NCBI RefSeq assembly: GCF_000497125.1
Contig: NC_090603.1
Location: forward strand, 496,001 to 560,000
Direction of reading: 5' to 3'
Origin: Spironucleus salmonicida
Taxonomy: Eukaryota
Length of the DNA: 64,000 nucleotides
The stretch's first letter is position 1, and each line of letters begins with the position of its first letter. The notes beneath the pieces were generated by a model, which was not told the origin of the DNA, searched no databases, and was given only the letters and a program-made list of their open reading frames with translations. This document shows positions 1 to 12,400 of the stretch, one piece after another. Position numbers and translations under genes: made by a program.

Positions 1-1392
1 TAATTAATTCATTATAGCAAACTAACAAAACTACGGATAACAGGTGAATTGAAGTTGATAAGTTGTTTTGAACTTTTATCTTCTGCGAAAAAGCTATAAT
101 TTTTTTCATGTGAACACCCACAATTTATTGAAGAGGATTCAGAAATAATAGATAAAGCATTCTACTCTAAGCCTATAAAAATACAAGGCTTATCATGCTA
201 TATATAAGGAATTAACTCGCCATCCACATCACTTTCATTACCATATTATGAAAATTTATAATTTATTAATATTACATTGCTTGATGAATCTTGTTTTGAG
301 CTTAAACACAATCAATTAAAGAAGATTATAATTACCTCCTAAAAGAATATTAAAGTATTTAGAATTAATTGTCCTCATTTATAAGAAATATAAGTATTAT
401 AAGATGCTTATATAACCCAGTAAAATTTTTTCTATCTAATGAATTAAAAATATATTTAATAAATTATCATCAATGTGTATGGAGAAATTAATTTGAATAA
501 TTCTTAGTCAAATGAATCACTAGAATGCTTAAAAATAACTAATTAAAAGATTAATGCCGCAATTTTAGATGAAAATGTATTGAAAGCTAGTATTATATAA
601 TAAATTGCCTTCTATTACCCGAATATTAAAACGCTTGTTATAAAAAATATTAACACAAAAGTTATCGATAAGCATATGTTTTCTCTTCTAGTAAATAGTA
701 AATAACTCTCAAAGCTAGTAATCTCATGTGACAATAATTTCTAGGAGACGTTATATTTTGCTCAAGAAAAACCAAAAGATAATTTCTTTTTGTAAGATAA
801 CGAGGAAATAAATTCAATGAAATAAGCCCTTCTCTATGAGAATAAAATTTAATATCTTACCTTAGAAAATATTTCAATCACCGACTAATTTTCTTACGCC
901 CTATTCATCTACCAACACAATTATTCACTGAGAAAAATACAGTTCAACAACTTAAAGTTCATTACGGATACCTCAATTTTCCTATTGCTTACGTCAACAG
1001 AAATAAAACAAACCAAAATTTAACAGGTTGGACGAAAAGCTTTCTCCTGCCCGATTTCGGACGCATGCCAGTCGGATGCCACCAACAGTGGCCCCTGCAA
1101 TTTCCTTCTTAACAAATCGCTTCAGGAGTCTGAAAAATCCTTCGTGTCATCGTTTTCCATTCTGTTTTTTGACGGCATCATCGAAGAGCAAGTAATGTAC
1201 CAGCTGGAGGACCTGCAGATCATTAACTGCAGTCAGATAAGCAGGAAAATCTGCAACGCGCTCTATCTAGCTGGTTATTGCCTAATGAACGTGCAGCTGA
1301 GTATTCCGCTCAGCGAAAAGTTCATCAAAAGGATCTAGAAGCAGCGCCCGGGGATCCAGATAGAGGGGCTGAGTCTACGCTTGTAGAATTGA
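1..1392 (+). CDS. Leucine-rich-repeat-like protein, 5' truncated by window edge
   Basis: Frame 1 reads from base 1 with TAR=Gln (spot-checked) to TGA at 1390-1392. LxxLxIxxCxxI-type repeats, e.g. LEDLQIINCSQIS. Confidence 0.6.
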
Positions 1393-1564
1393 GAAATTTA
1401 AAAATGACGGAGGTCTATTTAATAGAGCAGAAAGTTGCAGATTTTGAGTGCAAAATCGCGCTGTTCCATCCGTTCAGAGCACAGCTGAAGAGGAGGGAGA
1501 CTAAGAATCCTAGATTCCGTAGGGAACCGCAGGATTTCAAGTGAGCAATTGTTCAGTTTAACCG

Positions 1565-2707
1565 TCAAATCTCACCAGCATCTTCAAGTTTTTTCGTTAT
1601 ATCAGACATTATCGCGATAATGCGCGACTTAAATAACGCTCCAGCCTCGCCACGCACAACGCGGTATAAAATTTCACCAATTTCTTCCAACTGCGCATCG
1701 CTCGCTCCCTAGTGCACTATGAACGGAAATCCGATTCTAATCCCATTTTAATTTTTCGCTCCTATTTTTTGACCATTTACAATAATTCCTGCAGCGCGGA
1801 GCTCGTTTTCGACATCTGGTGCGCACTTGAGCACGAAGTAATGCATGTCGGTTCCTCCAGTATAAATTTCTTCTGTACTGAATTTGGCGCAGATTTCCTT
1901 GCTGAATCGCAGAATTCTCCGGTTCTTGTCACGGAATTCAGCGCTATCTGCCTCAATCGCCGCTTGTGCAATTCCTGCAATATTGCTCATGAAGGGTCCT
2001 CCCTGAAGGCCCGGGAAAACACTCTTTTTGACTCCGTCACCGATCAAAATGGCACCACGTGGCCCTCGGAATGTCTTGTGTGTCGTGAACATCACCGAAT
2101 CGCAGAAGGGAAATGGGTTGTGGTTCACATCGCTCAGGATCAGACCAACGTTGTGTGAAACGTCGCCGTGGAGGTGCACGTTGTACTAGTCGCATAAAAT
2201 ACGCGCTTCTTCCCAATTTACGTCTCTAGGATAAGCAGATGAACCAAGAACGAGCATTTTTGGGCGAAATTACGCAAGTTTCTGTTCAAGATTTTTGGGG
2301 TTCGAAAAATGCTGAAAATTATAAATTTTGCTCGTCATAGAGACGCTGGAGCCATGAGAAAGGTGTCCACCTGCATTCAGTGTCATGGACAGGATTTTAT
2401 CACCAGGGTTCAAAAAGGCGTTGTATGCAGCAAGATTCGCACCGGAGCCAGCATGCGCTTGGCAGGTGATTTCTTTGTTTGTTTTAGTAATCTTTCGTAT
2501 TTATTATTCACATAGCAGCTCAATTTTATCAGCATTTTCGCATCCCTGGTAGTATCTTTAATTCGGAGCCCCTTCTGCATACTTCGACTGGATTCTTGAC
2601 GAAAGTAGGGAAAGTACTGCATTGGATGGAAAATTTTCAGAAGCTATAAGATTTAGTGTATTTGTTTAACGAGCTAATTCTTAAGATAATATATTTTAGA
2701 TTTACAT
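1565..2707 (-). CDS. SHMT: Serine hydroxymethyltransferase
   Basis: [46 protein letters not shown] (PLP lysine), [21 protein letters not shown]. 380 aa with TAR=Gln. Confidence 0.95.
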
Positions 2708-3211
2708 TTTAAATAGATTATATTTATATATTATATAAATATATAATAATTGCTATTAGGTGAGAGTATTGTTATTAATAGATAGTTTTAGTTATAAGCA
2801 AACTACCATACACGGAAAATGAAGACATGGGCTCGGATCTGCGACTAATTATATGATGCTATCGTAGATTTATAGTGTTAATAGTTTAACGGTGTGCAGT
2901 TGCTATGCTAACAATTTTAAAATTACTCATACAATGACTAATAAATTAATTATCATTTATTTTATAAAGCTGGGTATACTCTCATTAGTTTATAAGTATG
3001 GAGTTTCAATTGAGTTAGTTTATCTGTAAATAAGTAGAAAAATTGGACTAGGTGGTAAGATTCTTTTCGGTCACACACAATTTGTTTAAATAGGATAAGC
3101 AAATAAGTAATATTATATACTAATACCTATAGAAAACTAGGGTTATCTTAGCTGGTAGTTTTAAAATAACCACAGTAGTTATAAAAATATAATATAAATA
3201 ATGATTCGAAC

Positions 3212-6190
3212 TCACTCAAAATCTATTCCAACAATACCCTCATCGCATCCACATATGACGTTATTTCCGCTTACACAAAGAGAATTTATAGATTTACTTA
3301 CCTTCAAACTATGTAAACACTTCGCAACATTTCGAACATCCCAAATACGTAGAAGGCCATCAGATCCTCCTGAAATTAAAATTAATCCATCTGTATATAC
3401 ACCATTTGCTTTAGAATGCGCTTTAAGAATTGATTTACCACTTCTTTAATCAAAAGTACGAATAGTACCATCTATTGAGCTTGAAGTTACTAGGTCATCT
3501 TTTACACAAATCTAAGTAATTAAATCAGAGTGAGAGAATATTTTGGAAATAGGTGCTTACTTAACTACATCATAGTTAAGCAATTATCCAGTTTCGTCAC
3601 CAGAATACAGAATATTATTTACGACTTATATTGCACTAATTTTAGGTAATATTCCGACATTTTCACTATGAGCACCAATAAGATGTGTTGCATTCTTTCT
3701 ATGATCCCATAATTGAATGAGACCTGAAGATGAACCGCATGATGTGAATATTTTATTATTTTATGAAAATGTATGAAGGGCCGTAGTGGAACTAGATGGG
3801 AATGGTTATACTTCATAGTTTTCTCCTAAAACAGGTACGGCTATCACTTTTTCAGCTGTTGTATAAGTTAATAAATTATTGAATACTGAAATATTAAGGA
3901 TATCTACTGTTGATGTATAAGTTTCATCAGGTGAAGTCCTATTAAGCTTGTAACCTCCTATATTATACTAATGAATATCATTTCCTATCAATGCTGATAT
4001 AGTATGGTTTTAAGGATCCGCAGTCACCGCCTTTAAATTATTCATTTTAATGTAAAATTATTTAAACGCAGGCTTTGCAAAATTTTAAAACTTTAACTTA
4101 GATTCCTCCTAAAAATTTTCAAAATCAATAATTGATACGTTTTAATGAGAATTGTTAATATAATGTGATGAGTTTTAACTAAGCTAAAGAGCCTTCTCTT
4201 CTACTTTAAGAATTGATTTTTCACCGAACCTTACAGATTTTGACATATTATCTGGCTTTCCGAACTCTAAAGCTTTAAGCTTTTAGAAAATAATATCTTA
4301 ATTTTAACTTAATTAATCTAGTTTTTACTCAATTTAAGTAATTTTTAAATCCAGTTTAACATCTAAATGGTCAATAAGCTCTTCAATTTCACATTAAGAT
4401 TTATTGTTGGTATCTTAAGATTAGACAACATCTGATTTCTAAGACTTTTATAACTCTTAATCAAAAAATTTAATAGATGTCTCAACTTTAGCTAATCTTA
4501 ACTTATATTTATCATCTAATAAACCTAATTTTAATTCTAAAGCATCATTAAAAGAAAGATCACGGCCAGATGCTTTACAAAATGTTGCAATATCATTCAT
4601 AATTAATGAATTTTATGATAATTAGTGCTAAAACGTTACTTTTAAATCATTAAGTGACGTTTCTAATCCAGTATTTTTTGATTCTAAAAATTAAAATTTA
4701 GCTGGAAAATTAGAAATTTCTTATTAACTTGCATATTTTTATGATATCTATTATTGATATTATTAAAATTCTCTTTAAAATCCCATAAAATGAGCCTATA
4801 AAATTGAAATATCTTCACGAACATCAATTTCTGATGATTTAGAAGTAAATGTTTTCATTTAATTATTAAAATCTGATGATGCAGTTTAAAGTAGAGCATT
4901 TTAAGGAATTGATTTAACTTGTTCTAAAACTTACTACTTAGATTACTCAATGAGCACTTTACATTATTCAAGAATATCAGTTTTCGATTATTATAATTAC
5001 AACTGTAAATTTGGAACTTATTCTATTATTTTCTATGGTACTTAAGCAATTTATTAAATCTTTGGTTACTAACTAGTAATATCATTCATACTAAGAATTT
5101 CTAATTTTTAAGTTTACATAGGTGATGATACAATTTATACATTGCTTTCAACATTTTTAATTCCTTAACTTTCAATTAATGACTAGTTATAATGACTTTC
5201 AATAATTCCTACATTCTCGTCATTGAATCCTTTGGCAAGTTGAACAGACCAAAAATCTCCTTTTATACCATCTCTACAATTCCCTCCAAATATATACACG
5301 CGATAGTTACCACTTCTAGATTTCCACGCAACTTAGCCAAATCCAGATCTTGCATCTGGCTTTAAAGCATTTCCATGCTCATATTCAAATAACTTTCGCC
5401 AACCTTTATCATTTATTAAGTAAACCCAACAATCACCAAGCTTTTAATTATGATTTGTACCAACTTCTCCACCAAAAATCAAAATCTTATCGTCCCCGAT
5501 TGCGGATGCTTGATGCCATGCACGCCCAATTGGACCTTATTTAATAGGCTATAATAAATCCCATTTTTTATTAGTACTAAATCGCCATAATTCATTATTA
5601 AATCCTTTAGCGCCTACACCACCAAAAAATATGATACCCTTTGATGTTTTTGTTAAAGTAGATCCAATATGTGGTTCAGGACCGAACTATTACATTTATA
5701 ATACAGAAAATGTTGCATCTATAACATTATAAATAAATTATTAGTTTTCCATTTTCTTGTTTTAATTTTATCCCCCTAATATAAGAATTTCTAAATCAGA
5801 AATAGGTGCCATACAATGATCAACTATAGAAGGTACTCTTTTGTATTCATCCTTATAACCCTGCTATTTCCAGGATTTAGTCAAAAAATCAAATATCCAT
5901 ATATCATTGAAAAATTATTTACCGTCTTAGCCACCAAATAAAAACATTTAGTGATTTACCAAACATGCAGCATGAGAATAACGTGCAGGTGGAGATAATG
6001 TACACATAACTTTAGTATACTATTTCGTTGTAAAATCAAATAAATACGTATCATTGTATATCATATCATTACAATGACCACCAAACAGGCATATAGTCTG
6101 ATTATAAAATACTGTAGTAAAATGTTGTCTTTATAGTATATGGGTTGTATGTTCTGATGATAAGTCTTCAAAATTTGGAACAATTGACAT
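3212..6190 (-). CDS. Kelch-repeat plus WD40-repeat protein (~992 aa)
   Basis: N-terminal Kelch repeats (CLFGG..NDTYLFD, PPARYSHAAC..MFLFGG). C-terminal WD40 repeats (SHSDLIT..SSSIDGTIRTFD, SGGSDGLLRIWD). Linker 4045-5280 checked codon by codon, no TGA. Confidence 0.8.
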
Positions 6191-6533
6191 TTTTAAAAAT
6201 TGGAGTGTGTTAAATAGTTTATATTACTATATATTAATAATAATAAATCAGTAAATCAACTATACTTTTCGTTCCAAATAACGTATTTCATTTGATTTCT
6301 GTATCCAGCAGCCACCTAAACCCAGTTGCACACACAACAACGACATTCACTCTATCTTTTATCGAAAATAATTATATAATATATTACTATTTAATATATA
6401 ATATTACCTATATATAAACTTTCCTATTTTCTTTATTATTATTTACTAGATATAAAATTAATATCTAAAATTTCTACGTACTCAGTCTAACAAAAGTATA
6501 CTATTATATTAAATTTTTATTTAAACTGAAAAA

Positions 6534-6851
6534 ATGTAGTATTCGCTCACCGCACAATAGCTCTGCAATAAGCAGTTAAAATTGGATGCAGATTTTAGCC
6601 AAATTTTGAGGGCATTTTCCCCACAGAAACAGCCCAAATTCGACTACCAAAAGCCAGTTCGGTGTCTGCCAGAACTCGCGCAAACGCCACAAATGGCGCC
6701 TCGGATTCGGCAGATTTTGAGCCCACAGAAGCAGCAAAAGCAACAGCAGAAGTCCACGTTTTCGCCACAGCTGCAGCGTAAAATACGTAAATTCAACGGT
6801 TTGGTGAGAATTAAAAACGATAACAATTTGTCGTAATTTGAGTATATTTGA
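6534..6851 (+). CDS. Hypothetical Gln/Pro-rich protein (~105 aa)
   Basis: AAAATG start, GC-richer than flanks, TGA at 6849-6851. Confidence 0.5.
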
Positions 6852-6856
6852 AAAAT

Positions 6857-6938
6857 CGACTGAGATGGGAATTGAACCCACGCATACAGAGTATAATAGC
6901 TTAGCAGGCTATCGCCTTAACCGCTCGGCCACCCAGTC
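6857..6938 (-). tRNA. tRNA-Ser (GCT)
   Basis: GACTGGG/CTCAGTC acceptor stem, TGGCCGAGCGGTTAAGGC D-arm, ATAGC-CTGCTAA-GCTAT anticodon arm, long variable arm, GGTTCAATTCC T-arm, followed by a T-run. Confidence 0.95.
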
Positions 6939-6956
6939 ATAAAATATGAATTTAAA

Positions 6957-7919
6957 TCACTTAACCTTCAACACTCTCCTTAATTCTTCTGCATTGTTAG
7001 AATTTGCAATTTCACATGCCTGGCATTTTGACCCTACAATAGCTGTCCCGCACTGCGCGCAGCTTTGCACCTTTACGGTCGGTCGCTCGCCGCGAACGCT
7101 CAAAATTGCCTCCTGCGTCTGAATTTGACACATGCTGTTGCTTCTACTGAGCTCTTAAATGAGCCTTCGCGCGACGCCCCGGAACGCTGTCACGGCGTAC
7201 GGGCACTCTGTCGAAAAGTACTTAAGCTTTGCGTGAAAAGCATACAAAACAATGTCCTTTTGGGCCTGAAACGCAAGCGGCTTTATTCGCGCGCCATTGG
7301 CCTCCAAACTCGCAACTGGATCGACGCAGCGGAGCAATTTTGCAGAGTCACCTCTGAGCAAATTCAGCATCACAGTTTCTGCATTATCATCTGCATTATG
7401 GCCAGTAGCTACGCGCATGTTTGGAAGATTTAGTTCATTTGCTCCCTTTTGGAGCGACGAGCGCCTCAGAATACCGCAGAATGAGCAGGACGAGTTGGTT
7501 GAATCCAACATAACGATTAAGTCATCTAAAGAGCGCTTATAGTATGCTTCAAAAGAAACAATTTTAAGCGGTAGATTATAGATGGCCTATATTTCGCGTA
7601 CAACATCTAGTGAATTATCTCTGTAATTTTTGATACCCTCGTCGACTGCAACCATATGGAGAGTTGTGTTAACGTAAATATCAGGATATGTGTTAATTAG
7701 CTTGAAAAGCACGTCTAAAAGCACAGATGAATCTTTTCCGCCTGAAACTCCTACTACAATCGATGAATTAATCGGGATTAAATTATAATTTTATACGTAT
7801 TCATGGACTTCGTTCAAGAAGTTAATTTAGAAGCAAGTTGCACAGAAAAATATCTTTGTAAACGAATGACGTACAACTGGAGGTGCTTAACACATACTAC
7901 ACTTTTTGATTAAAGACAT
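6957..7919 (-). CDS. CTU1: Cytoplasmic tRNA 2-thiolation protein 1 (Ncs6/TtcA family)
   Basis: N-terminal CxxC..CxxC, PP-loop SGGKDS, SCSFCGILRR, ATGHNADDNAET, ECPYA, C-terminal CxxC..CQAC. Confidence 0.92.
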
Positions 7920-7968
7920 TAATTAGGAAAGGGATATAAAGTTAGTAACACATAACAGAAAATAATAT

Positions 7969-8844
7969 TCATTCATAACTGTCTAGCAAATAATCTAATT
8001 CCATTGCTTATTTTAGTTCTTTCATAGCAATATAAATATATTTGAGCATTAAAAACACAAAAATCTGTTCTAGAACTATTATAATTAGGCTCTCCCAGTC
8101 TTTAATGAAAACTATTATTGCCCATGCGTTTATATTCACGTTGAGATCGAAATTCTAAAAAGTGGAAGACAGAAAATAAAGGATTTAACTAATTACTGAG
8201 TCAATAACTGACAAAAATGATACAATAAGACTTAATCTGGCGAAGGTCGACTGATCTTTATTAATAGTCAAATACTAAGAAGCAGATATACCAACAATGA
8301 CTGCATAATACAATATAATAATACTAAAAAGCACATCAATACTGAAATTAAAATACATTAGAATCTGGTGATTGCTGATCAAGAAGCTGGTAATAAACTA
8401 AACTACAATTATACAAACTTACGGTAATAAAGCATAGAAAAGCTACAAAAGATATGTTTTCTTAGTATGTACTATATTCACACAAACCCAAAACGGATTA
8501 TGTTACTTTGCCGAAGACTGCATCATAAATTGAAGCTTATTATTTAAAACGATAACAGAAGAAATTGTCATAGATTACCCAAGGTAGTACAATGGAGATT
8601 CACTAGTAGTGATGGAGGCTTCCCACCTAATTATAAACGACACGGTAGTTAAGATATTTCCAGAAATAAACACGAAAAATTCGAAATGTGGAGACCAGAT
8701 ATTAAATTTATTTTTTATTGCTCCGCACAGTGTTAAAAGTGAAATAATTGCATTAACAATACATGAAATTGCAGCCAAAATTACGTATGACAACTGAAGC
8801 TCTGAGTTTATGTTCTCAGTATAATTTATATTAAGACTGTGCAT
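7969..8844 (-). CDS. Multi-pass transmembrane protein (~291 aa)
   Basis: Several hydrophobic stretches (VILAAISCIVNAIISLLTL; FFVFISGNILTTVSFII; IDVLFSIIILYYAVIVGISA). Open with TAR=Gln. Confidence 0.7.
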
Positions 8845-8941
8845 TATAAATCGTAAATACTAATTATATATTAATTATGGTGTTTGGTTAAAAGAATTTT
8901 TACTATAGTATATAATATTCATTATATTATTGTATAATAAA

Positions 8942-9403
8942 ATGACGACATTCAGTGGTATTGTGAATGTGCTTAAAAACAGTATTATTCCAGAGATTTA
9001 ACGTGTGTAATCATTATATTAATTAATATTATAGTGCACTATTGACTAGTAAAAATAGTACACTCAATAATTATGTGAAATATCCTAGTCTTATAAACCA
9101 ATTATTGTTTAGAAACAACTTGATATATAAGAAATTAAAATAGAACTAGATGATTACGGTCATTCTGTCTAAAAATTTATAACACTTGATCATTAGTTAA
9201 CAGACTAGGATTATCTTTAGTTATCTTCCAATGTTGTAGACTTAGAATACTTTGAGTAGCTAAAACCTCTATTAAATGACAAACAAGGTTATAAGGATAT
9301 TATTATTCAATAAGATAAATTATAATAGTTTTTGATAAAGGTTAATCAATAAATAAGTGATATTGAATAGCAAAACTTAGATTGGTAAATTATGCATCAG
9401 TGA
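8942..9403 (+). CDS. Hypothetical coiled-coil-like protein (~153 aa)
   Basis: AAAATG start, open frame ending CAG-TGA (AGTGA). Confidence 0.55.
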
Positions 9404-9459
9404 TTATGTAAATTTTACTCAAATTTTAAAGACTTAGTATATAAATATTTCACTTTTGA

Positions 9460-12400
9460 TCAGTCTTTACTAATTAGTAATTATCTTACACCTTATCTAC
9501 TTTCAATTCTAACCTTCTAATCTTACCATATCCACCCAGTTCTAAACCATTTTCCAACAAAATCATTTCCTAAATCGTCAATAAACAGTCCACAAATTTA
9601 TTTCGGTGAGAAGTTTTCAGTAACATAAACTGCTAATTCTTTAGATCTGGATAATTGTATTAATTTAAATATTTTCCTTAATGAAAGTGATTAAATGTAT
9701 TTTATAGCAATATCTTCTTTAAATTAGAAAATATATGAAAAGCAGACGAAATTATAACCTCGTGAATCTAGATATGGCAATTTTGATAGCAAATTAAAAC
9801 CATATTAATATTTCATTAATATGCAAAGTGTTGTTATAGAAGTATGCATTGATAAAAATATTCCATTGGGTAAAATAATATCGTGGAGAGTTCTATAATT
9901 TTATGACTCTTGTGAAAAATAATGGGTCAGTTTATCATTAGCATAATATACGGCATAAAATAGACAGTTAAATCCATTAATAGTTAAGTTTGATGTGGAT
10001 CTACTATCAATTTTAAGCATGTTTTTACTATATAAGTTCATTGATTTATCAACATCATTTTTTGGAATAGAATCAAAGAATACATCTTCTACGACATTAA
10101 TATTACAATCAAAATTATTAATTTTGAATTTATTTTTTACAATACTTTCAAAATTATAAATTTTTAGACATGTATTCTACATCTACCTTGTACCTTTCAT
10201 ATAATTAGAAAATTTATCGAACCGTAATATTGAAACAGCATTTTATACACTTTTAATATTAATATTTGAATTGCAGCATTCTAATGCTATAGTGAATAAA
10301 TAATCCATTTAGCTACAAGATTAAAAAATATACTAAATTAACTTTATTATATCTTATGTTAATTTTTCGTCTTCAATAAATTTTATCAGCTATGACACAA
10401 AATTATATGACTTATTTTCAAATATCTAACTAATAAAATTATCATTACAAATCGCTAAAATTTTTCCAAAATCCTAGGGAAACAAATCTGCGATTATATA
10501 GTACTATAAGTTCTCATACTTATTCAATAATCTTTAACTTTTTAATGATGAATCCTAGATTATATCATTAATCTATTATGTTATTATGCCTAACTGAACA
10601 ACTGTTGTACCTTTTGAAATCAAGTATGCCTAATTATTCACATTAACTATGTTATAGCTTTATATTTGTTAATAAAATTCATATTTTAATAAAAAATTAA
10701 TTATATCCTTTTGTTTATTCAATAGTGCATAATGAATACCTGAAAATCCATTATATTAATTTATTTTGTAATAAGAGTCTCTTCTATCAATTGAATTGAA
10801 CTATTTTAATCTTAAAACTGTGGCCATATCACCAGTTTTACATGCATCAAACCATTCATTCTTAACTAAATTATAATTCTCCTCAGGTTCATAATTGTTT
10901 ATTTTTTTGATTTTCTCATTTGTGGTCAAAGATTTAATATTATTTGCACCTACTCTATAATCTTCTAAGTAGTCATTAAATTTTTATATGCCATAAATTT
11001 CTTCTAATTATTCTTTAAATTTATCTAATTTTTAATAAGTTTCTCTATCAATTAGTGGGAATATATCTAGAATAAAAAGTTATGTTTTATTCATACAATG
11101 TTCCGGGGGCAGAACATCACTTTGAATTAATTTAATAACGTAAATATAAAAGAAATCCTGTTAAATGTAGTTATCAAATATATATTACACAAGTCTTTAA
11201 TTATTCATTTTTATTGCTTTAGATAAAAACTCTTCCATATTTATACTATCAAAATTTTGTTATTAAGCTATTTCTTCATTAAACATACCTGTTACTTACA
11301 TCATCTCTAAATAATTACACTCAGTTGTAATTAAAAACTATTTCTAAATTTTAGTAGATTAGGATATTAATATATCTAAAACTGTATTATTTCGAATTAT
11401 AATTGCTAGCTAAAATGCATTAGAATTTTTAGGAACAAAATATATTTAATTCTTAAATATTACCAATTAATCACATTATGTTAATAAATCTGCTTCAAAT
11501 TTTGCCAAATACTGAATAATTTAATAAGATTCAAAAAATACTGCATAATGAATCCCAGCCCATCCGTAAAATATACTCTAAGCTGTAATAGTCGCACGTT
11601 TATCGTATGATTTTAGCAATTTTTATAGATGGTGTATAATAACATAAGTATCATCTTATTTAACTCTATCAAACCAATCAGATTAGTAATTAGATTATTG
11701 TTAAAAGAACACCTAAAAACATAATTAATTTTAGGTAGAATCTACAAATATGGCCTAATGTTTATTTACTTTATAAATTTAATTAATAATTATAAAGTTA
11801 GGTGGATATTATTTATGTAGTACGCATGGGGATTTGTAAATATCATATTCATTGACTAAACTTTGGTATATTTTATCTGATTAAATACCATATAAATTTT
11901 AAATATTAGGGAAAGAAGTAAACTTGTTTTCAGAGACTAATTTGGTATTTAACTAAGCAATCTTTTAAAATATAAATTCTTAAATATTCTTGGTAATACC
12001 AAATGTTGACGAATCATCTTTATTAATTGCACGAATTTACTAGATAATATTATACTTTATAACAAATTTTTATTTCTTTAAATAACAAAATGACTTCATA
12101 AATACAATCTCATTTATATCTTTTAGTATATTGTAAATTATCATTAAATACTACAAGTTTTTATAATAAATACAAGCGAAAATAATATTGGCGATATCAT
12201 TTTCTCGATCATTTTCTAACATAGTTTACAACTCTGCGTGTATGAAATTAATAGGTAGCATCAATTCTGATTATAAAGCACACAATGTTAATGGATAATC
12301 AAACTAAGGCATACTATTATTTTTTATGAAAAAATATTACACTTTTTCTTTTTAGGATTCTATTTTCTAGTCAAACTTAATATAATTAGATTATTATAAA

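Noticed and set aside
19..36. ACTAACAAAACTAC, resembling a diplomonad intron branch/3' splice motif
   Set aside because: It ends in AC-GG rather than AG and lies within an open coding frame.
9404..10597. Apparent plus-strand continuation of the 8942 ORF
   Set aside because: The plus frame stops at 9403. This region is the 3' end of the minus-strand giant ankyrin-like gene.
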